A DNA stretch of 64,000 bases. It comes from Nitrosopumilus sp. Its GTDB lineage: Archaea; Thermoproteota; Nitrososphaeria; Nitrososphaerales; Nitrosopumilaceae. Location of the stretch: positions 192,001-256,000 of the forward strand of contig OZ241981.1 of the NCBI GenBank assembly GCA_965204345.1, in the 5' to 3' direction. The notes beneath the pieces were generated by a model. That model was not told the origin of the DNA, ran no database searches, and worked only from the letters and a program-made list of their open reading frames with translations. Shown here piece by piece: positions 1-10,301 of this stretch (its first letter is position 1; each line of letters starts with the position of its first letter). A program made the translations under genes and the position numbers.

Positions 1-2
1 AA

Positions 3-389
3 TCAGATTATGAGAAAACAATCAAGAGATCCATCAAAAAGACAATGCAGGAAGTCAACGTGATTTTTCAGCAGGTTTACATGTTTTCAAATGATTATGA
101 CTATGACTCTGAAATGCCAACCAGACGGATAACTGGTTTCATGCGCACGTCTGCAATAAAGATTCATAATTATTCATTCATAATAACCCACAACTCCTCT
201 CTGATTAATTTGAGTGATGATGAATCTAAAAACATAGATGTATTTTTGGCTATGGTGGACTGGTTTGTTGAGAACTATACCTTCTCAGACAATCCGCTGC
301 CCAAACAAATTTCCAATTGGAAGATGAATCACAGAGAAGATCTTGGCAAGAACGCAACCAAAGTGGAAGAGATATCAGATATTTTTTAA
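3..389 (+). CDS. Hypothetical protein, probably 5'-truncated by the window edge
   Basis: Frame of ORF 45..389 is open back to position 3; no recognisable motif. Confidence 0.5.
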   Translation, partial: SDYEKTIKRSIKKTMQEVNVIFQQVYMFSNDYDYDSEMPTRRITGFMRTSAIKIHNYSFIITHNSSLINLSDDESKNIDVFLAMVDWFVENYTFSDNPLPKQISNWKMNHREDLGKNATKVEEISDIF

Positions 390-650
390 AATATCTAATT
401 CATCTTCGACATTTTTTTGGCCTGTTTAGACAACATTCTCTTGCTATGGCTCAAATTTATAATTACATTCTTTGCACTGACGCTACTGATTGCCAACATT
501 AGGAATTTCTTGAAGGGTTTGAAACTGCAGAAATAATGTTTATGGAGAATAAAAAAAATTGGCATGCACCCTAAATTGGCTGAAAAAGAAGCATGCCGTA
601 ACTCAATAAAACTGCTTAAATAACGAAAGCACATAGGGGTTAGTAATAAC

Positions 651-1486
651 ATGAAAAACATAACAAACAAAACAAAAACAATACTGTTTGCATCTCTGAT
701 TGCCCAATGATATTGCCATTTAGCGGTATGGGAGTTGCAGAAGCAAAAGTAGATGAAATCAAATACACCAAATCAGAAATTGACAAATCCTTCAGAAATT
801 CAGAAGGTTATGTTAGTTATGAAAACAAGAACAACCAGATGAAAGTAGATATAAATAAAATGATCGATGATGGCATTGAAAATAAAGATATAAAAATCAT
901 GTCAGAGTGGGCAGAACTCCACAATAAAGTCATGATAGGACATATGAATGGAGATAAGGAAAAAACAGGTACTGCTTTGTTCGAAGCTGCAAATGGTCCT
1001 TTTAGCTATCTAGTAAATGCCAAAACAACAAAACTTGGATCAGTAGATGATAACATTAGTAATGTTTCATATGTTACACCTATTAGCTATTGGTCTTTAT
1101 CCGCATGCGGAATCACTTATGGCACTACTGAACATTCAGAACCACCTATCGAAATCTATCTTCATAGTTATCCTGATCTATCTTCTGCACAAACAGTAAT
1201 AGAAAATGATGGATATTATCAAGTGCAATGGCCTTGGATTGATTTTAATGATGGCGGAAAAGTTTATGCCAAAATAAACACAACAGGTTATGGTGATTGT
1301 ACTAGTGGCGAATTCAGAGATGAAAATCACATCTACGATGTATATAATGTCAAGGTCAACCATGTGTGGTATAAACCTGTTCTTAGTTTAGTACAGGTAA
1401 ACGAACCAAATCCTGATCTTGCTGCATATTCTGCACCAACATTTTGGTGGGATGTTTATGTTGCTACATGGCACTATGGCAACTAA
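651..1486 (+). pseudogene. Secreted Trp-rich protein (family copy 1), frameshifted in the signal peptide
   Basis: ATG at 651 gives MKNITNKTKTILFASLIA; GCC-CA-ATG versus GCC-GCA-ATG in paralog 61740..62555 is a 1-bp deletion near 705; C-terminal C..G.FRD...EPNP....Y..P.WW...Y...WH motif shared with the paralogs. Confidence 0.75.
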
Positions 1487-1512
1487 CCCCCTCTTTTCTT
1501 TTTTATTGAATC

Positions 1513-1773
1513 ATGAAAAAAATAATTAAAATCACGATAATCATTTTGAGTGTTATAGCATTTTTATTCTGTCTTCTTTTAATTGCCAATTATATTTTAT
1601 ACGAAACATGGGGCAGTAATGAGAATTTCTATATCCCACAAAACGGACAAAAAGTGAAATGTGATATTAATCTATTACAAAAACCTAGCAATTGCAGGAC
1701 TATAATTGATAATGAATTGACTGTGATACCAATTGAAGAATGGCCCAATCATGATATAAACCCCGAAAAATGA
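1513..1773 (+). CDS. Small membrane-anchored protein downstream of secreted protein copy 1
   Basis: N-terminal hydrophobic helix, two Cys, 26 bp after the upstream stop. Confidence 0.65.
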   Translation: MKKIIKITIIILSVIAFLFCLLLIANYILYETWGSNENFYIPQNGQKVKCDINLLQKPSNCRTIIDNELTVIPIEEWPNHDINPEK

Positions 1774-1812
1774 AACCATAATTAATAATGAATTGACTGT
1801 GATACCAATTGA
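1702..1812 (+). repeat. 35-bp direct repeat (1702-1736 / 1778-1812, one mismatch)
   Basis: ataatt(g/a)ataatgaattgactgtgataccaattga seen twice, 76-bp period. Confidence 0.9.
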
Positions 1813-1838
1813 GAGGTAATGTTTAATTTGCAGTGTTA

Positions 1839-2399
1839 TTAACTGCCTTGTTCCAGGTAGAAATACCTGTCAATCCTGACTGTTTTTATTTCGTTATCAT
1901 TGAAAATATCTCGTTTGGTCAGTATATAGTATCTTGAATTTTTCTTGTCAACCACACAATGCAGTCTGTAATTCATAAAAGCAAACAGTGGGTTGACAAA
2001 TACTAGATCAGATTTCAAATAAATTATACCGACAGCACACATGAATATCAGTATTGCCACCAAATCATTAATACCAAATGCGTCATGCAGGATAAATGGA
2101 ATCGTGTATGTCACAAAATACAACAGAAATTCCTTTGTAAGGTTAGAGTGGTGCCATACGACAATTGTCTTTTTTTCAGTCTTACTTGTTTTCATTTTAC
2201 GAATGAAAACCACTGCAAATAGTGCTGGAATCACGGTCATACATACAAGAAACAAAAACACCCCAAATTCTACATTGATCAAATCCCACTGAATCATGGC
2301 CTGATTGCTTGCCCAAAAGAAAAAAACCAATGTAAGCCATAATGGGACAAACGAGCTTAGAAACAACATCAGGCGTATGAGGGGATTTAGGTCTGACAT
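1839..2399 (-). CDS. KwaA-like four-TM protein (Kiwa anti-phage family-like), no KwaB adjacent
   Basis: LFLSSFVPLW...EFLLYFVTYTIPF...YLKSDLVFVNPLFAFMNYRL pattern typical of KwaA. Confidence 0.6.
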   Translation of the reverse strand: MSDLNPLIRLMLFLSSFVPLWLTLVFFFWASNQAMIQWDLINVEFGVFLFLVCMTVIPALFAVVFIRKMKTSKTEKKTIVVWHHSNLTKEFLLYFVTYTIPFILHDAFGINDLVAILIFMCAVGIIYLKSDLVFVNPLFAFMNYRLHCVVDKKNSRYYILTKRDIFNDNEIKTVRIDRYFYLEQGS

Positions 2400-2855
2400 G
2401 ACACATATGATATGTCGTTGCTGTTATTTGTAATTTGTAATTACTGTCTTTTTTGTAATAATTCAGGCTATTGAATGTGATTAGAACCACCATGGTTTGC
2501 CTGTGCGTTGTTTGTAAAAGTTATTTTAAATAGACATCAAGGTTTTGCATTTTCAAAGCGTGTTGAAATTATTGGTAGTAAGAGAGAGTCCTTTCCGTGT
2601 TTTAAGAGCAAGAAAAAACTAATGACCCCCAAAATTCTTATCCTTTTCAGGTTTTGGCCACAGATACACTGGTAATCAGTCTAGAACCGCTTGGAGCAAT
2701 TGCCAGCAATCAGCTATTTTATGGCAGTAATTTTAATTGAGATTCTGCCTGTTGCAAAAAATACATTATAACTAATCTAATACGTCAAAAAAAATCAGAC
2801 AGGGCTTGATTCTGTCTTAGGAATAGAAAGTTTTAGGTACTGATGATTTTTTTTA

Positions 2856-3827
2856 TTGTTATTGAAGGCAATTTTTGTCGCAATTCTTGCTGTGGGCGTG
2901 CTTGGATATGCGTGGTATTCTGACTTGCTGCCGTTTGCAGCAGATAGTTCTTCTGCGAGGCTCTCCCCATCCATGGAAAGCATCCAACAAATATCTGACG
3001 CGGTTACATCCAAAACCAATCAGATAATTTATTATTCTTTTGAGGATGTTCCTGACGTACCAGATAAGCAGATACCCCTTGATGCATTAAAAAAAGCAGT
3101 TGATACTTGGGAAAGTAATAACCCGCATATGGAATTCATAGAATCATCTAATCCTAACATTGAAATTAAATGGCAAAAATATGCATCATCTACGCATACT
3201 GGTCTTGCAACCTGTAATTCCGTTCTGTTTGGAATTTTAAGCCACTGTGTCTTAGACATTTCAATTGGTGCTAGAGATTGCAATTCAAATTTTGTACAAA
3301 GTGATGAAAACATGGTTGCAAACATCCTGATGCACGAAATAGGTCATGCCTTGGGATTGGAGCATACTGATGAACTTGATAATCTGATGTATTCTACAGA
3401 GTCGCCTAAAGCCTCTTTTAACTCAAAGGGTTATGCCATTCCAGAAAGATTTGAAGGATTATTTGTTGGTCAAAAAACGTTACTGTCAAAAGAAAATGAG
3501 CTGAAATCTGATATTGAATCCCTTGATATTGCAGTATCTCATGAACAGTTGCGATATGATCAATATTACAAACAGTATGAATATTATGATGGCAAAATTC
3601 TATCTTCTGAAGAGTTCAGAAAAGCTGAACTTGCGCATGAGTTGATCAGTGCACAAGTAAAAAAAATCAATGAGTTAATTGCTGAACAAAACGTGTTGAT
3701 TACTGAAGTTAATGACGTTGTAGATCAGCTTGGATGCAATCCAAACTTTGAAATTAAATCCCCTTATCCAAATAACAAAACTAGTCCTACTGCCAATGAT
3801 GCCACTGAAATTCCCATCCAAACATAA
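2856..3827 (+). CDS. Matrixin-family (M10-like) zinc metalloprotease, membrane-anchored/secreted
   Basis: HEIGHALGLEH motif plus Met-turn (NLMY); N-terminal TM; C-terminal coiled coil. Confidence 0.85.
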   Translation: MLLKAIFVAILAVGVLGYAWYSDLLPFAADSSSARLSPSMESIQQISDAVTSKTNQIIYYSFEDVPDVPDKQIPLDALKKAVDTWESNNPHMEFIESSNPNIEIKWQKYASSTHTGLATCNSVLFGILSHCVLDISIGARDCNSNFVQSDENMVANILMHEIGHALGLEHTDELDNLMYSTESPKASFNSKGYAIPERFEGLFVGQKTLLSKENELKSDIESLDIAVSHEQLRYDQYYKQYEYYDGKILSSEEFRKAELAHELISAQVKKINELIAEQNVLITEVNDVVDQLGCNPNFEIKSPYPNNKTSPTANDATEIPIQT

Positions 3828-3841
3828 AATTTTTTCAACAT
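3764..3841 (-). CDS. Possible 25-aa membrane peptide MLKKFYVWMGISVASLAVGLVLLFG
   Basis: Manual translation; basic N-terminus plus one TM helix; overlaps the protease 3' end. Confidence 0.35.
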   Translation of the reverse strand: MLKKFYVWMGISVASLAVGLVLLFG

Positions 3842-4261
3842 TTGTGTTTTGTTATGATCACTGAAATTAATAGTTTAAAATTGAGAAAGTAAGCAAATTT
3901 GATATCAGTTTTCATCGGCCCTTTGGGGGTTACACTTTGGATATCAAACTAGCAATCATCTTACTTTCAATGTTTATGTTGATTATCCTGTCTCAAAATT
4001 CTTAAAATAAAACATGTCTTGATTTTTGGTCAAAAAGGGTTGAAAAAACGATCCATTTTACTTGATTTGCATACCTGAGCCTGCATCTGAAATTCTTTAG
4101 ATATACGCCTGCCTGATATGTGCACGCATTTTCTTTGTTTCATTTGTTGATTAAATGCCGAGTCATCTCTCTCTGATGGCATTTTCTACACCGGTCCTAG
4201 CTTGACCACGCCCAAGTATTGATTTGCCATCAAGCATTATCCGCGTTTAATTTCCAAGGCC

Positions 4262-4837
4262 ATGAAAAATAATTTTATTCCCTTGCATGATATGCCTTGC
4301 ATGGGCAATCCTGATGTCTTAGAATGGCAAAAAAACTCTCTTTTGAGCTGGTCTGATTTTAAGGCAGAGTCAAATCCCGCTGTTTTTGAAGATTCTCATA
4401 GCGTCATAAAATATCGGTTCACCTGGACTGTAAACTCTGATAAGATTAATGATCAAATCGTATTCTTAATTGAGGATATTCGTCTTTTTGTTGAATTTCA
4501 CTCTCTTCTGTCTTGGATTAGATTATCTGAGTCAAGTGATGTGTTATTGGGGTATGAGCAAGGGAATTTTGATCTTGCTGAGTTAATCATGCGTGAAAAT
4601 CTTGAAGAACTACAAAATGAATTTCGTTCTAAAACATTTCTCACAAGGGGGAAAAATGAAGAGCAAAGAAAGCAATTTGCAAAAGAAGATTCTGGAAAAA
4701 TGATCTCATCCAAAGTCGAAAAATTACAAGAACTGTATGATCAGAAACGCATGGAATATCAAGAAAAAACTAATTTTGGCCAAAATACTGATGAACAGCT
4801 AAAATATAATTTGCTTTTTGAACAACTAAAATCCTGA
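4262..4837 (+). CDS. DUF922-like protein with degenerate zinc motif
   Basis: W....LSWSDFK and SW motifs; YEQGNFD where HEQxHFD is expected. Confidence 0.6.
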   Translation: MKNNFIPLHDMPCMGNPDVLEWQKNSLLSWSDFKAESNPAVFEDSHSVIKYRFTWTVNSDKINDQIVFLIEDIRLFVEFHSLLSWIRLSESSDVLLGYEQGNFDLAELIMRENLEELQNEFRSKTFLTRGKNEEQRKQFAKEDSGKMISSKVEKLQELYDQKRMEYQEKTNFGQNTDEQLKYNLLFEQLKS

Positions 4838-5146
4838 ATTGTTTGTTGTTTTATTTTTTAATCATTATGATGACTTGGAGACGCTATACGGTCTACAGCT
4901 CATCCATGAATTTGAATCCTGAGAGTAGGCCCCAAAAAAACTTACAGTTCATTTGGACTAGTAAAAGACAGCCCTAAACTCCAACTGCACAATGCCAAAA
5001 TTAGTTTGATGAATAGTCTCTACAACATTTATGGCAAACCCTCAAAGATAACGTTTCCAATTTTCATGAACTTTAACTAGCAAGATCCAAAGCATCCGGT
5101 ACATCAAAATGATAATCTAGACTGATATTTACACTCAAAAATTGAT

Positions 5147-6511
5147 TTGGCATATTCTTTGTCTTTGGAAAACAACAAAGCATTTGATAGCACTTCTAAT
5201 ATAGTATGCCAAAAAACCAACAAACCGATGCGGATTCTGCTTGCCATATCCATTGTATCACTTTTTGGAGTTGCTAATGCATATGCTGAGATTGCCTCCC
5301 CCTATGAGCAGCTAAAATCCGATGTTCCACTATATGAAATCCAGTGTGAGTATCAAAAGACTCTGTTGGAATCTCCTAGGAACAACAAGCCTGTATGTGT
5401 GAAAAGTGATACGGCAGACATACTGGTAGAGCGCGGCTGGTTCATGATAAAAATATTTGATGAGCAGCCAACTGCTGAGTTACAAGTTGATGAGCTGCCC
5501 ACTGCTGAGCTGCCCACTGCTGAGCTGCCTATAACAACTACTAGTAATCAAACAGAAAGCAGTTCATATGCTGTCTCTGATCCTGTACAGACAGAGACAT
5601 ACTATCCTCACCACAAAGACCGGTATGTTATTGGCAGTATAGATCTGTCTGGAATCAAACCCCTTCCTGAAGGTGTCTACCTTCCCACAACCATAGAAAA
5701 CTATGAGCGCATCATGCAGAAAATACTTGATGGCATAGACGACAAACTGATACTTCCAAATCCTGAAGGTCCAAGATATGACTATGCTATTGAGGAGTTT
5801 CCCGGATATCCAGAAATAGGAAAGTGGGTAAATTATACGTACTATACAGAACAAGGAAACATGATCAGGCCATTGGGCAATGCCAAAATAGAGCTGATAA
5901 TATTAGAACCTGATGAAATATTCAGGTCAGATTATTTGGATAAAAAATGGGACGAATATGACTCCCTTGACCGAGAGGATGAGCTTGCATTTGCCAAAAA
6001 TCTAATTGCGGGTCCAGAAGAATTCATACAAAACTTTGTGGAAAAATCAGGACTGCCAAGGATAGTAAAGACGAATCATAGTTTTGACCGTTCATGGATA
6101 ACTCTTGAAAATGGTGAAATAGAAATGCGAATGGAATGGGATAACATGTACATGTTTTTTGTGTATAAGGAAGAACCTCACTTTCATGGATTGTCAACAA
6201 ATATGATGCGTCAATTAATGCATCAGTTTGCTATTGATAATGCACATGTAATAGATCGAGAATGGTGTGATAACCTTGTCCTATACGATAGCAAGGATGA
6301 TATCCGAACAGTTTCAGTTATGTACTATAGAGCAGGGATTCCAATATGGGAAGCAATTGTGGGAACATGTGACCCAATTTTGAATCGTCCTATAGATATC
6401 ATATTTCTTCGTATGGAGGGCATTACCGGAGAAATTGGCTGGTTTAAAAATGGTATGATAGATAACTGGATTGACAAGATAAACATTCCAGAACATGCCA
6501 AGGTAAGTTAA
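5147..6511 (+). CDS. Secreted thaumarchaeal protein with SP(Y/L)xQ..C..P.CV..RGW domain (true start probably near 5228)
   Basis: Signal peptide MRILLAISIVSLFGVANAYA; Cys domain shared with 18851..19849; ELPTA tandem repeats. Confidence 0.7.
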   Translation: MAYSLSLENNKAFDSTSNIVCQKTNKPMRILLAISIVSLFGVANAYAEIASPYEQLKSDVPLYEIQCEYQKTLLESPRNNKPVCVKSDTADILVERGWFMIKIFDEQPTAELQVDELPTAELPTAELPITTTSNQTESSSYAVSDPVQTETYYPHHKDRYVIGSIDLSGIKPLPEGVYLPTTIENYERIMQKILDGIDDKLILPNPEGPRYDYAIEEFPGYPEIGKWVNYTYYTEQGNMIRPLGNAKIELIILEPDEIFRSDYLDKKWDEYDSLDREDELAFAKNLIAGPEEFIQNFVEKSGLPRIVKTNHSFDRSWITLENGEIEMRMEWDNMYMFFVYKEEPHFHGLSTNMMRQLMHQFAIDNAHVIDREWCDNLVLYDSKDDIRTVSVMYYRAGIPIWEAIVGTCDPILNRPIDIIFLRMEGITGEIGWFKNGMIDNWIDKINIPEHAKVS

Positions 6512-6968
6512 CACAGACCTGAATATTGTCATTACGCCTCAAAAAGTAAAGATTGGTCATAGATATATGACCAAAAACAGATTTTCAGGATGCAAATTTT
6601 AATACGCTGTTCTCTTTGGACCTGATGTAAGCTGTGAGCAATCCTCTGATATGGATGAAATATACAATTCAGAGGAATCCTACATTGTAGGATTTGAGTA
6701 CGACAGATTTATCAAAAAACTGCTCAGACGTATTCCTAACAGCAACTACTGACATAATTAGCAAATAGGATTACTTGGCAAGACCCATGCATCCTGGGTA
6801 ATACATCACACAAATTATACGCATAAAGAAAATGATATTTGGATTAAACTCAATCTCGTAGATTTTATGATATACGCGCAATGGCAAGACCAACAGTTTG
6901 AGCACTGATCCTGATAATTTCTGATTCCCAGATGAGGGTAACTTGGATCATTTCAATTGGAAAAATGA

Positions 6969-7265
6969 CTATGTTCGATGTTCCATAATCTTGTTTGCCG
7001 GAATCGAGTTGATGTAATTTGCCAAGCTTCTATAGTATTTTAAATGAAAATTCAAGTCTTTCATTTCAGTCTGTTTTAACTCTTCAAGTTCAGGACCGAA
7101 GTCATTTTTGTTTGATTGAATGCGGTTCAGCGTATTTTCATTGACCTCAATCATGTGAAATAAACTATGCAACACTTCTTCTTTTGTGAGTGTCCTATCA
7201 CAGGATTTTTTTAATAACAGTTCTACCCAATCCATGCTGAATTCTGACATAATTGCTATATCCAT
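6969..7265 (-). CDS. Hypothetical protein
   Basis: 98-aa ORF with plausible composition. Confidence 0.55.
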   Translation of the reverse strand: MDIAIMSEFSMDWVELLLKKSCDRTLTKEEVLHSLFHMIEVNENTLNRIQSNKNDFGPELEELKQTEMKDLNFHLKYYRSLANYINSIPANKIMEHRT

Positions 7266-7568
7266 TCCAGAATTTAAAAAGTTCTGACCTTGACTCTATT
7301 TTTTTAGTCTAGGCTGCCTGCTGTATGATTGCTCCTTTTTCATCTGTCTTTTCTCATTTCTGATTTTTTTTATTACGTCTTATTTCCAAATGAATTTCCA
7401 GCGTCAATATACCTATTTTTGGTTCAGATGATTCCTTTGCAACAATGACTGCTGCCTGCTTTACCTGTAAACATTTACAACAAGCCCATTTTTTTTAACT
7501 TTGTACAAAGCCTGTTCCCGAGATTTTTTTAGCGTCACTCTTTGTTTTTCATTGTTTTCAATGACAGA

Positions 7569-7886
7569 TTAGCTGGTTTCTATTTTAATTTCAGTATTGC
7601 ATATGGGATTTTTCCCTGTATCATTTTTGACTTTTTGAATTAATTCCAATTGCAATTCTCTTGGATTTTCAATAAACACCCTTTGGTATGACGATGTCTT
7701 TTGTTTGCATTTGTTTCCTTCAAATTCATCATCCACATACTTTGCAAAGGTCTCCTCAAGATTGTTTGATTCCCCTATGTATATTGGATCCTTGTTTCTG
7801 TTGTACAGGACATATACTCCGGCATTTGGTTTTACAAATTTTGCACTGTCCGTCCAAACCCGCATCTTGTCATCTAGTAATTCCAT
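7569..7886 (-). CDS. GIY-YIG-like domain protein
   Basis: GVYVLY...IYIGES and C-terminal P.CN. Confidence 0.7.
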   Translation of the reverse strand: MELLDDKMRVWTDSAKFVKPNAGVYVLYNRNKDPIYIGESNNLEETFAKYVDDEFEGNKCKQKTSSYQRVFIENPRELQLELIQKVKNDTGKNPICNTEIKIETS

Positions 7887-7985
7887 ATGATAACTAATTT
7901 GGACTAGATATTAAACTAGATTGCAAAAATCGTGATATTACAAGAACCTTCATGCTTTTAATACTGAATATATGTAGATGTAATC

Positions 7986-9665
7986 CTGTCTCTGCTAGAA
8001 AAATTCCCGGATCAGTTTACACCTAGAGATATCCAAAAAGAGATCCTCTCTGAGATTGAGGAAAAGTTAAAGTCGGGATTTAAGAAAATAATCCTTTGTG
8101 CTCCTACCGGAGTCGGAAAATCCCTCGTAGGTGCAACTGTTTCTAATTATTTTGACAGTTCTTTTACCGTGACTGCATCAAAGCATCTTCAGGATCAATA
8201 CATCAAGGATATTCCATTTTTAAAACCAGTTAAGGGAAAGCAGAACTTTCCTTGCCTCAAACTAATGTCTGCTGAAAAAGTAGACGATGACAAAAGTGCC
8301 CTAAGGGGGGGATTGACTTGCGACAAGGGCCAGTGCCAAGAGCGGACTGTTAAAAATGGCAAGGATGTTTTTGAATCCTGTAAATTCAAGCCTACCATTA
8401 GGCAGGTTGAGGATAATGCAACTGATGCTACCTCGTGTCATTATTATCTGCAAAAATATGAGGCTCTTGCATCAAAGCATTCCCTGTGGAACTATCATGC
8501 ATTTTTTACAATAATGAAATTTAACAAGAAACTCTTTGAGGAATACCTGGATAGAAAGATAACCGTGTTTGATGAGGCACATAAGATTGAAGATCAGATT
8601 ATCCAGTTTGTCGGATTTGACATCTTTGCCAGCCAGATAGATGAGTGCGACCTAAGCTCTGAAAAGTATGACTTTGCTGATTTGGATTCGATGATAAAAT
8701 TAACTGAGGATATGGCTTACTCGTATGCCAAAAAGATTAGGGATATCAAGCAAAGCGCCCTCTTTCAGAACAGTCCTGATTACAAATTGATTACAAGCCT
8801 GGAACGCCGTTATGACCGTTCTGCACAGGCAAAAATCGACATCATGTCTGATAAAAATAACTTTGTGGTAAATGACCCCGTCAAAGACTTGGATGGTAAT
8901 TTTAGAATTATCTCTGTTAAACCAATCGATGTTTCAAAATTTGCAAGCTCCTTTTTTGAAACTGATTATCAGATTTTCATGTCTGCCACCATTGACAAGT
9001 CCAGTTTTTGTGAAAATATGGGGTTATACCCTGATGATGTTGCGTTTGTTGATACCCCAAGATCCCCCTTCCCCATTGAAAACAGGAAAGTTGATCTTCT
9101 AAACATTAAAAGGCTAAGCTACGGCTCTACTGAAGAGGACGAGCTTGAGGTAATCAGAGCCATTGACAGAATAATGAATGAGCATTCTGATGAGCGCGGC
9201 TTAATTCTGACTTCCTCCATTCCCAGGTGCAAAAAAATTATCAGACATCTTTCTCCCAAAAACAAGCAAAGGACTAGGCTATGTCATAGTAAAAATCAGG
9301 ACGGGAAAACACAGGATGAGATAATTTCAGAGCATGCATCAGACCCTGCCGGAGTCTTGCTTTCTTCCTCGCTTTGGGAGGGCGTTGATTTGAAAGATGA
9401 CCTGTCTAGATTTCAGATTATAGCAAAGGTTCCCTATCCCAACTATACTGAAAAAAGAACCAGAACAAAAATGAACAAGTTCCCTTTGTGGTATACCTCC
9501 CAAACCCTCACCAAAATTTTGCAGGGATTTGGACGTTCAATCAGAGGCGATGCTGATTGGGCCAAAACATATGTTTTGGATACTGCGGTAAACAATGTTT
9601 TTTTCAAAGGGCAGCAGATGATTCCAAAGGCATACCATGATGTATTGGGAATGGACGAGATCTGA
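7986..9665 (+). CDS. DinG/XPD-like SF2 helicase (helicase C2 domain); probable CTG start
   Basis: In-frame extension upstream of 8169 carries TPRDIQ (Q motif) and APTGVGKS (Walker A); DEAH, SAT, EGVD, QGFGRSIR motifs. Confidence 0.85.
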   Translation: MSLLEKFPDQFTPRDIQKEILSEIEEKLKSGFKKIILCAPTGVGKSLVGATVSNYFDSSFTVTASKHLQDQYIKDIPFLKPVKGKQNFPCLKLMSAEKVDDDKSALRGGLTCDKGQCQERTVKNGKDVFESCKFKPTIRQVEDNATDATSCHYYLQKYEALASKHSLWNYHAFFTIMKFNKKLFEEYLDRKITVFDEAHKIEDQIIQFVGFDIFASQIDECDLSSEKYDFADLDSMIKLTEDMAYSYAKKIRDIKQSALFQNSPDYKLITSLERRYDRSAQAKIDIMSDKNNFVVNDPVKDLDGNFRIISVKPIDVSKFASSFFETDYQIFMSATIDKSSFCENMGLYPDDVAFVDTPRSPFPIENRKVDLLNIKRLSYGSTEEDELEVIRAIDRIMNEHSDERGLILTSSIPRCKKIIRHLSPKNKQRTRLCHSKNQDGKTQDEIISEHASDPAGVLLSSSLWEGVDLKDDLSRFQIIAKVPYPNYTEKRTRTKMNKFPLWYTSQTLTKILQGFGRSIRGDADWAKTYVLDTAVNNVFFKGQQMIPKAYHDVLGMDEI

Positions 9666-9677
9666 TTTTCCCGGCAA

Positions 9678-9875
9678 TTATCTTCTTTGTGCGCATCCGC
9701 ATTTTACATACGCTATCTTAAACTCCCCGTCTGTCTTGATGTTGTGTGAGATTGGCCTGCGGCATTGCTGGCACTCGTTGAATCCAAAATATTCTTCCAC
9801 CTGAATCATTTTATACTCCCATGATTTTCTCTCTTCGTTCCAGTACACCGAATTAATTTCAGATGGACCATCCAT
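9678..9875 (-). CDS. Small Cys-containing conserved protein
   Basis: CQQC...CGC. Confidence 0.65.
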   Translation of the reverse strand: MDGPSEINSVYWNEERKSWEYKMIQVEEYFGFNECQQCRRPISHNIKTDGEFKIAYVKCGCAQRR

Positions 9876-9912
9876 GATGTGTACTGTAGGATCAGTTTCA
9901 TTAATTAATTTT

Positions 9913-10128
9913 CTATGGGTTCAGGTTTTTAAAATCCAAACACTTTGAATCAAATTCGCCCAAATACTGTCTTGCATTAATTTTGGAATCTATAATGTAT
10001 AATTCGCAGGTTTCCGAATCAATCATCGGCCTAGAGTTATCATTGCTTATGAACTGAATTACCAGTATTGCCACCAGAATTACTATCAACATCATGGCAA
10101 ATTTGCTTGAATAGATATCCATGATCAA
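9913..10128 (-). CDS. Small membrane protein
   Basis: One TM helix plus two Cys. Confidence 0.6.
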   Translation of the reverse strand: MIMDIYSSKFAMMLIVILVAILVIQFISNDNSRPMIDSETCELYIIDSKINARQYLGEFDSKCLDFKNLNP

Positions 10129-10301
10129 ATGCCGCTGAGCTTTAGTTTAATCATTGTGGGAGCAAGGCAGCCATGCTGAGGAGTTAACCTGTAGTAGACA
10201 ACAGTAATTTGACAAGCATAAAGTTATTTTCTTCTTTTTCCTGTTATCTCTAATAGTTCTTTGATATTGCGATCTATAAAGCTTGTGGACAATTTGTTCT
10301 T

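Noticed and set aside
5464-5530. 15-bp ELPTA tandem repeat as a phase-variation switch
   Set aside because: In-frame linker repeat; copy-number change would not alter the frame
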